From assembly GCA_045837725.1 (NCBI GenBank), contig JBEWZL010000215.1, positions 248,001 through 292,896 on the forward strand: 44,896 nucleotides of DNA, given 5' to 3'. The position numbers and the translations under genes were made by a program. Under the pieces are notes generated by a model. That model had not been told where the DNA came from. It made no database searches and worked only from the letters and a program-made list of their open reading frames with translations. Source of the DNA: Vermamoeba vermiformis. Taxonomy: Eukaryota. Positions 35,726 through 44,896 of this stretch are shown piece after piece; the stretch's first letter is position 1; every line of letters begins with the position of its first letter.

Positions 35726-36610
35726 ATGGCCACAAGAGCGATTTTAATCGTAGTTGTGGCTTTCGTTATCTTGGAAGTGGCCCAGGCACAGAATTCGTCA
35801 GGTGTACCTCAGGCTGAACTTTTGCTGGTCGGAGAATATCATCACTACGACCAGGACATAATTAGCGCCATCGAAAATGAAGCCACGCGAGGCGAGATCT
35901 GCCTTGCTGTAGAGCGAGGAGAACTGTCAAATGGCGCTGAGAAGCCCTTGGATGGACAACCAAATACGTATGGCCTGGAAGAGAAGAACGTCTATGTTTT
36001 AACTGTTAGCGTGCTCAATCACATGAAAGCCCTCAACTTGACAAGGGAATTTAGCACATACAATTGGGCGTATTCCTTAACACAAAGTCCCCTTGGCCTA
36101 GATGCATGGAAACGCATGAAGAGACCTTTTTCTGATCCGATCGACGAACAACTGGCTTTAAAACTCGACAATATGGACTTTCAAAATCTGAACTCCTATC
36201 ATTATACGAATGTCATTCGAGTAAACCGACAACTCAGCTACACCCTCTTAGATATGTTGAAAGAAGAAAACCAAATGATGCACTTCCTTCCCGAACATCA
36301 GTCTCTGTTTAACAAAGCCTTATCAACCTCAAAACTGGGCCCAGTGCACGCCCGCTTCGAGAAAGAAGTTGCTCTCAATTTAAGAAACAAAATGTTTGCC
36401 AACGTAATCACACCGGTCTACCATCGCTGCAGCCCCACTGTACCTGTAATCAAAGTCATAACTGGTTACGAGCACGTGCCTGGATTGAAGGATCTGTTAG
36501 AGAAAACTCTTCCTGGAGTAGTGATCCGCGAAGAATACTTGCCTAAAGCACGAGAGAACGCATGCAAAGTAAATCACGAGCTCTGCACACGCAAGAATTG
36601 GCGTGTTTAA
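35726..36610 (+). CDS. Intronless secreted protein, TraB/TIKI/EreA-ChaN-like metalloenzyme candidate
   Basis: Signal peptide 'MATRAILIVVVAFVILEVAQA'; motifs 'LLVGEYHH', 'LAVE', 'LRNKMFANVI', 'VITGYEHVPGLKDLL'. Confidence 0.6.
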   Translation: MATRAILIVVVAFVILEVAQAQNSSGVPQAELLLVGEYHHYDQDIISAIENEATRGEICLAVERGELSNGAEKPLDGQPNTYGLEEKNVYVLTVSVLNHMKALNLTREFSTYNWAYSLTQSPLGLDAWKRMKRPFSDPIDEQLALKLDNMDFQNLNSYHYTNVIRVNRQLSYTLLDMLKEENQMMHFLPEHQSLFNKALSTSKLGPVHARFEKEVALNLRNKMFANVITPVYHRCSPTVPVIKVITGYEHVPGLKDLLEKTLPGVVIREEYLPKARENACKVNHELCTRKNWRV

Positions 36611-36686
36611 CTGTTCCTCTGATTCCATTACGCTTTTCTCCTTTAGGAAGGATAAGTGCAATGATGACAAATAAATTTACTTTACA

Positions 36687-39600
36687 TTATGTTGTGTTAT
36701 TATTGTTGTTAAAACTCCGTCGCAACTCGCTACTACTGTTCGCGTCAGTCGGATCCACAACGTTAGATCTGATGAAAACTTTGTCCTTATTGATCTTCTT
36801 AATACGATCTTTCAACTCTTCGTCTTTCACATCGCTCAAATTCACTGCGTATTTATACACGTGCGTGTTCTTAGTCTGACCAATACGATACGCTCTGAAA
36901 GAATTGGGGTTAGAAAAATTGACCGTGAAAAAATACTAAAAGCTTTACAATTACGTGTTCAATTATTCAGAAAATCGCCTTAAAATCAGTTTTGTAACAG
37001 ACTTATTATGATTTTTTAACGTGTAGTATCCGTTAATAATAAATCGAGACAAAAATTCAGTTATTTTCGGTGTCATCCTTAATTGACATTATGTTCCCTC
37101 GCGGTCCAATTACCAAATAAGGAAAATCTTTATCTTACCTTCCGATCGCTTGATCCTCCGAAGATTTTTCAATGTGATCCATCAACACCACGTGATTGGC
37201 TTGAGTTAAGGTCAAACCAGTCGACTGCTTTAACGCACTAAGTAACATGACTCTAATGGCCGCGTTATCTTTGAACGCGTTAATTCTTTCCGCGTGTGTC
37301 TTTTGGGCCGACATTCCTTGCTGAAATTTCACGACGTTAGTTTCAAAAGTTCATTTGGTCCAAATGGTCTTAAGGCTTACCAAGGCTTGACCGGCAGTGT
37401 ATTGGATCGATTTTTTCTTCAGCAAGTCGGCCAATTGAACCAGCGGCTAAAAGATAATCGTTTGTAAGTGACACTTTGTTTGACATTTTGACACTTCGAC
37501 ACGTACCTCGCTCCACGAAGAGAAAACTAAAGCTTTGCATTCCTTGTCTTCGTTCAACTGCTCTTCCAATAGATCAATAATGCGTGCTAATTTCGAGCCA
37601 TAAGCCTCTTCAGGACGTGCATCTTGCAGCAACTTGCGTTCATTTAACAAAAACGCGATGTCTTCGAGCTGCTTTTTGCAGGCTGTAGTCGCCTCCGCAC
37701 GTCGATTGATCGAAGTTTGCTGGTAAAGCGTTAGAACTGAATGAAATTTCGCGGTCCTCAGTGGACTTACGATAATTGTGTTGATCTCTTCTTTGGTCGA
37801 TTCCTCGAAAGTTTTTCGTTCAGCTTTGCTTTCAAACTCTTTCAAGGCCTCAGCGTACTTGGTCAACGCTTCGATGAGGTCAAAGCCAGCCCTGACTTCA
37901 AGCTTAATATACTCGAACTCCTGTTTTTTTAAGCCCTATTGTTAGTATCCGTAAAGAATATGATGCCTAAAGTTTGACGTACTTTAAATTGGGCACTGGC
38001 CTCGTGATAACACAAAGACAAATAATGAATGTTGGCTTCGGTCTTTTTGTTGTACGAGTCGTAGTACTTGTAATGCAAGAACGTTTCAGAAGTCAAGTCG
38101 AACGGCTCTTCCTCTGCAGCCTGATCTTGTTGATTGTTATTGTTGTTTGCATCGTCAGCAACGTTTTCTAGGCCAGGCATGTCGTCTATTTCCACTCTAG
38201 GCTTAAAGACGCTGTCCTGGTGGAATTCTTGGAACGGATCCAAGTTCTCAAAATCGATCTTCTGAGTATTACTATTGTCCTTAATTTCAACTGTCTGAAT
38301 ATTCTTAACGAACTTCATCTCGTTGATTAAGGACTGCTTGTCAACTTCAGTCTTCTCGTCGTTCAAAACGATTGACATGTTGACTTGCTTGTCTTCAGTC
38401 AAAATACTCAAAACTTCTCGGTCTCGAACGTTCGTGGCCGTAGGATTGACAGAACTCTTTGAAAATTCTTTCGGGACGATCAAATGGAAGTAATAGTTCG
38501 AGTCGTTAATGACGATCTTTTCCAAGAACAGAAGAATTCTTTCAGTCTCGTTCAGCTTTGCACTCTTTCTTGTTTGAATCAGCGCGTCTTTTTTGTCCAG
38601 AGCATTGACTGCCTAAAGCCAAAGACATTAGTTTTTGACACGTGTCAACGTTCATGAACGACGTACTGTAGTGTTATCAGGTGTGGCTACCGATGCTTCA
38701 TATTTGGTGAACATGTCATCGGCGTGCTCTACTGCCTTTTCAAAGGCTTCTAACTCTTTCATGGACACAGGCAACTCGCCCTTCAAAGCCTTAATGGCAT
38801 TGGTTCGCGCCTATGAAAAATTGTTAGTTTCAATGACTAGTTGTTAATCGGACTAGTTCAATACTAACCTCGTCCATTTCTTTCAGACCAACAGTAATAC
38901 GTTCAATTAGCTCGTCGATAGATGTCACTGAAAGCTTCAACTCGTCACTTCGATCTTGGGTGAAAATCGTGTTGTAACTTTGAATGACACCAGAGCTATA
39001 ACAAAAAAGTAAGTCACGTGATGCTTCCAAAAAAGGAAATAAGCTTACTTCAAACTCTTGATCAAGCTCTTTTCAGTGAAATGCGGAGACTTGCCATTCT
39101 TGATGAACTTCAAAATGCGAACCCACCAAGGAGATCGATAGTTATTCTTTCTATTATTTGAAATAGCATTGATCTCTCGCCTATGTTTCTTGTATTTCTC
39201 GGCAACTTTAGACACGTCGTTCTTAATTGGACCCAAGTGCTGCAACTGCACTAGTTGCGCACGCTCCAAATAGTCATCGTTCTGAGGGTCTTTGTTGCTA
39301 TCCCGTGATGCTGCCACGCGACTAAGATTTACAAGAGCATGAAAAGTCGCGCCAGGACAAGAAGTCTATCAAAGAATTCAGTTATTTCCTTTTATGGAAG
39401 TCGAAAGTTTTGGACCTACCAGAAGCGCTGGAACATTGACAGAATCATCACCGATATCTATTCTTCCAACCCTATTACAGTAGAGTTTAATAAACTTCTA
39501 AAGTTGGATAGGGGTACGTACTTCATGAACAAATCGGAATCTTTGTTTTCGAAGATCAGATCTAGAATTGATTGGTATGAATCACGAGCCAAATCAAGCA

Positions 39601-42493
39601 TATTCACACGCTTAGGATCTTTTTCGAACATCGCAAATGAAGCGTCTCCAATCTCGTTCATAATGTCACAAAGTTGAGCCTGTTTTTGACGCGTCTCTTT
39701 AAGGGACTCTTCCAGCATAATGCGCAAGCACTATGAAACGACATTAGCACCAGGTTATTATAGTCGTCAATGCGACTTACTGTAGTTTTGTTTTTGTCGG
39801 TAACTTTTGTTTTCTTCAGTTCCATGAGGTCGTAAACTACCGCATACGGAGCGCTGAAAAACTTGGCCAATTCATTTTGCGCATTCTGCGTGTCTTCTCC
39901 GATGCTTTTTTGCTTCTTGACAACAATCTCCAAGCAAAATTTCTCGAACTTGGACAAGTTCAAAGTATGTCGGTGCATCGTTGTGCCCGGAATGGCGATG
40001 TCATCTTGCACATGTGCTTTTGCGTGCCTCCACATGATTTTGCCTAATAAGGGCAATAGATCTTTCGTGGGCTTGTCCCAGTATTCTTGAAGTCCCAAGA
40101 AAATCAAAAGGCCTTCACGAAAAAAACGTAAGAATTATGAAATTTTGGGAATAAGGCACGAATAAAAACATACCTCTAATGTCCTCAAAAGAAGACTTAA
40201 CAGGCGTGCCTGTAACTGCCCATCGATGAATTGCTGGAATTTTGCTCACCATCGCTGCAGCCTACGAAGAGTTAGTGCGTGCCAAGACATTATTTGCGCG
40301 TCATTTTTGCACTTACCTGATTGGTGGAAGTCTTAACCTCCTGCGCTTCGTCAATGCAAACACGCCACCACACGAAATTTACAAGTGGTGTTTTAGGCTT
40401 TTCATACTAAAGAGTAGTGTTAGCCACGCAAAGTGCTGCTGCACGATTGCTTACCACTTGCGAACTGCGTCGAAGGGCCATATGGAAGTCGTCAATATAG
40501 TGAATCTCGGAACGCAAAACTTCGTAGCTCGTGACTACGACATGACTCTTCATGATTCTCTCCTCTAAAATGGCGTGTTATTGATATTCCGAATGAGGAA
40601 GGTATAGCTTACTGGTGACTTCTGGATCTGTCTGCATGCCATCGTAAACTGTGACAACAAGACTTGGTGCGTGCTTTTGGAGCTCGCTGCACCATTGATT
40701 GACGAGAATGTTTGGAGCCACGATCAAAGTATTCTTGACGCGGAACATGTCATCGTCAGGTCTGACCGGCATATTGCCATCGTTGGTGATCGAATCATTA
40801 AGCAAAATAAGCGCTATTAGTTCAATCGTCTTGCCGAGACCCATTTCATCAGCTAGAATTCCTTTGCCACCAAGCACAACGTCAGGACCCCAAGTACATT
40901 TGTCGAGCTCAACGCGTTCTTCGGGCAATCTCGGACGTGTCCTACGCTCTTGTGCGATCATCCAAGCTACAGCTCGTCGTTGATAAGCTAGCAAACTAGA
41001 CTGTAGACCATGAGGCTACACAGAAGAGTTAGAAAATGTATTACATTCGCAACAGAACGAACCTTCTCGGGAGCTTGGTGCGTCCAATCAATTGGTCTTA
41101 AGCACTCATAGAACTTCTCTACGTCAACTTTGTGGCTCGGCTTTTCGATCTTTGTTTGTGAAGGCGACTTTCTAAGCTTGGGACTCTTGCCTTCGGGCGT
41201 GATTGGAGTAGGCGTTGCAGGTGTACTTTCAACTTTGGGTTCAGTTTTCTCTTCAGCTATTACTGCTGGTGTCATATCTTTTTCTTTAAGGGCTTCAAGG
41301 GCAGTAACCCACGACTTGATATCATTGGCTATCAAGTTGCCGTTCTCGCGTGCAGTTGTAACATTGGAGTTACCCGATGAGGCAAAGAAAAATCTCGGGC
41401 TCTTATTCTTCTTCGACGAGCCATCATTAAGCTTCATCTTCTTATTCGGTGTCCAACTATCACCTTCATCTTCATTTTCGTCTTTTCTGCCTCGTTTTTT
41501 ACTTGCGTCTTTCTTCTTGGCCTCTTTTTTATTCGGTGCATAATCATCATCGTCTGAGTCGTATGTACCACGCTTCTTCTTAGCACTCTTTTTCTTCGAT
41601 CCTGGAGTAAAATCTTCATCGTCATCTTCTTCGACAATTTTTCGTTTCTTTTGTTTCGAGGTTTTGTTCGTGTTTGGTGTGGCATTCGTGTTGGGAGTTT
41701 CAACTTGAATTGTAAGTTTAATCTTCGGCGGCGTAGTAACATTGATATTATTGTCCATAATAATATCGTTTGTTTGTTCTTGAGGCTTTTCTGCAGTCAT
41801 AGCGGTTTCGATTTCCATTTCCTCGATTTTCTCGTTGTTATTTGCAGCTGCTAGTGGTTTTTTCTTTGGCTTTTCTTTCTTCTCGGGCTCCTTTTCTTCT
41901 GGAATAGGATCTAGTAATTGATTCGTATTGTTATTATCGTCGCTTGCATTGTCTATGTTCATCGTTGAAAAAGTGATGTTCGCTTGAGATGCTTGATCTG
42001 GCTTACTTGCAGCGTTGGTATTTGTATTGAATAGTCTTATTTCCGTTTGTATTTTTGTAATTGGTAAATTGAAATTATTGGCATTGTTTGAAGGCACGCT
42101 GGTATCCAGAACGACTTCTTCTGCTTGCGCGTTCATGATCCGCTGTTCAACTTCATACAGAGCTCCCTTTATGTTTTATTAATATTTATTTTAATGATAT
42201 ATGTTTAACTTACGTCCATAGGGACTCTAAATGAGCCATCATCGTTGGGAAACATAACCAGATCGAGCTAAAAAACGAACGTCATTTTCAAAAAATCGTA
42301 AAATAATTTTAAATATTATTCTTACGTCTGGTCTTCGCAAAAATAATCCTTCTGATGTTATCAACTTGAATGCTAAAGCCAGATTCGCACTCGTAATTTG
42401 ATTGTAGAACATCCTCTTAATTTCGCCATTATATTTTAGCTGAATAATAGCCTCTTCATCGAATATTGATTTCTTTTTGTTCCTCGGATCCAT
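36687..42493 (-). CDS. SHPRH/Rad5-16-like SNF2 ATPase (many exons) with a long acidic/basic disordered N-terminus
   Basis: 'LLAYQRRAVAWM', 'GILADEMGLGKTIE', 'TLIVAPNILVNQW', 'WWRVCIDEAQ', 'RWAVTGTP', 'KALVFSSW', 'GLTLTQANHVVLM..EDQAIGR|AYRIGQ'. Confidence 0.9.
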
Positions 42494-43067
42494 GGAGTTC
42501 TCGGCTAGGAGTGAAAGATCAGATTGGGCTCGCCTTTCAATATTTGGGCATCGAGTACAATGTGAATTATTTTAGTGGTTTTTATAATATTGTTTTTGTT
42601 TAATATTGAAGAAAAAAGAAACAGATCGCTCTTCTCGGATCTCGAAAAGCTACGCGAAGAGAAAATTGCAGCAACTGTACCTTGCGAAAAAATCTGCGCT
42701 GAGGACTTCACGGTCGAATAAATTGAATAACTGGCAAAAGATGTTCGTTTTTGGCTACACCGACAAAATGATGTTCACGTTTTTTGGATCACGTGGGAAG
42801 AGTTTTCCCGTCAAACAACTTTTGGCTTCCCAAGAGCGGAACGAAAGCAGTCAAATTCTGTAGATAGAACAACCACGAGGCGATTTTGGAAAACACTCGA
42901 AAGGGTATTCGCAGATCGCAAGTAGCCGTTCGCGCCCAAAATCTGAACTTTGAGTGCTCAAACTCAGCATTGTAAATAATTACACCCTTTTGTACATATT
43001 ATTTGTTACTGCAATTACACCTCAGAGAAGAATCAATTCAATTTTAATTCGTCAGTCAGTCGCGAAG

Positions 43068-44896
43068 ATGGCAATCCGTAATCCAGCAACTGCGACCCCT
43101 AGCGAGGCGCAACCAACGTCAGATGCTGCCAAAAAATATGCTTTTGTTCAACAGAGCATGGTATGTATTATTTCTAAATATTTAATTGAGAAGCTAGATT
43201 CGAGCGATCTCCAATCTCCAATTCGCAAATTGATCGCAAAATTGATACAATATTAATTATTACAATTATATTTACATGACCATATTAATTATTATCCAAA
43301 TTGCAGACACATCCAAAATTTTTGCACAGCAATTCGACAAGTCACATTTGGGCCTTCGGAGCAATAGCCGAACTCGTGGGTACGTACGACTGAATATCCC
43401 CATAGTTACGTAGCTAAAACATTGCACAGATAATGCGACAGATCCGGATGTTATGGCAACCAGATTTTGGATCGATGTCGAAGAAGAAAAAAACGGCCAA
43501 CCTCGATTATGTTTCACTGATAATGGCTACGGCATGGAAATCGATAAATTATACAAAATGCTGAGTTTTGGATATTGTGAGAAGGTACGTGACTGACTGA
43601 CATGCGCGAATCCACTGCTTTTCAAATTTCAATTCCAAAGTTCTGTTGGGGTTAAACTTACTTTATTATTCAAAACATGTCTAACTTCATAACCTTCAAT
43701 GCAGGAAGAAGTCAATGGACATAAACCGATCGGTCACTACGGCAACGGATTCAAATCCGGTTCAATGCGTTTAGGCCGAGATGCGCTCGTGTTTACTCGA
43801 TCAAAGAGTACATTTAGCATTGGCATGTTGTCTCAAACCTTTTTATTCGCTGAAAATGCAACTTCAGTCCTCGTACCAATGGTTACGTGGGATGCGACCG
43901 GAAGTAAGCCCCAGTTAGAACACTGTTGCTGCTTAAAAGTTGCTTACCGTTATATTTAGAGTGTCTTACAGAGCTTCAAGCCGCCGAGCAATGTCTGGGA
44001 GCCATTCAAACCTACTCACCGTTCAAAACGATCCACGAGATCATGAATAGATTCAAAAAGATACCTAATAGTACCAAGGGAGGTACTGGCACCCACATCG
44101 TTGTATATAATTTGCGAACAGTTGGCAAAGGTACTTATAAATTAACTGGATCAACGTCAACCATAGCTAAAAATTTCGACAGAGCGGGATGCGCCATACG
44201 AGCTCGATTTTGAAACAGACCCACGTGATATTAGGATAGCCAATGTATTGGTAAGCTTTGAGATCTTGGATATGCATCGTCTAAAATGTATTCAGACTCC
44301 TGAAGGCAAAAAGCTGCATTTCCAACAGCATCGAAATGGCCAGGGCACGCAGGTTGAAATTCCGATTGATTTCTCGCTGCGAGTAAGTCTAGCAGTCCTA
44401 TTTGCTTCTTTTGCATGCTAATGACACTATCTCTTATTAGGAATACTGTTCTATATTATATTCAAAGCCGAGAATGATTATCAACTTGCGAGGCACAAAA
44501 GTTCGAACAAAATTTGTAGAAGCTTCACTCGGCTACCGTATGTTTGATGTTTATGTAAGTAACGGCTTTATTTTAAGCATATGCGCTTTATACTTAGTTC
44601 TCGATAAGATAATCCTTGGCGCATTTTATTAAATTTTTTGTTCGCTCCAGAAAAACACGAGGATTACATTTGGCATGAACGTGGATAATCCTAATTTGTA
44701 TGGCATCATGCTCTACCACAGAAACCGCCTCATCAAACCATACTTGCGCGTCGGAATTCAAAATCAGATCAATCCAGATGCAGTTGGCGTCATTGGCATT
44801 ATCGAGGCAGACTTCTTGCAACCGACGCATAATAAGCAAGACTTCGATGTAAATACAAGCGCGTACAAGAACTGCATCCAGACACTCGCCACCAAG
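43068..44896 (+). CDS. MORC-family GHKL ATPase, 5' part (runs off the window end)
   Basis: Same exons and motifs as 18287-20113 in inverted orientation; ends at '[25 protein letters not shown]'. Confidence 0.92.

Overview
Gene-dense, AT-rich eukaryotic DNA with many short GT-AG introns, probably from a protist (amoeba-like, inferred). It is not prokaryotic, and the ORF track breaks most genes into exons. The main feature is a minus-strand tandem array at about 8.3-22.6 kb. Its genes encode a variable LRR-like N-terminus, a helical/coiled-coil region, tandem SAM-SAM and a U-box E3 ligase domain. In one member (17372-20113) the LRR/coiled-coil half is replaced in-frame by a MORC GHKL ATPase-S5 module with its core motifs intact. 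A near-identical inverted MORC copy, including introns and promoter, lies at 43068-44896. A second member is broken by a ~1.2 kb inverted-repeat insertion plus an 8-bp deletion, and a truncated member abuts a protein-kinase tail. Other genes: STEAP-like metalloreductase, F-box/ParB-like protein, EEF1AKMT4-like methyltransferase, ARL8, thiamine pyrophosphokinase, two LRR proteins with a C-terminal F-box-like motif, a 2OG-Fe(II) oxygenase probably fused to a ubiquitin-like domain, a secreted TraB/TIKI-like protein and an apparently RING-less SHPRH-like SNF2 ATPase. Exon joins were read by eye and are approximate.
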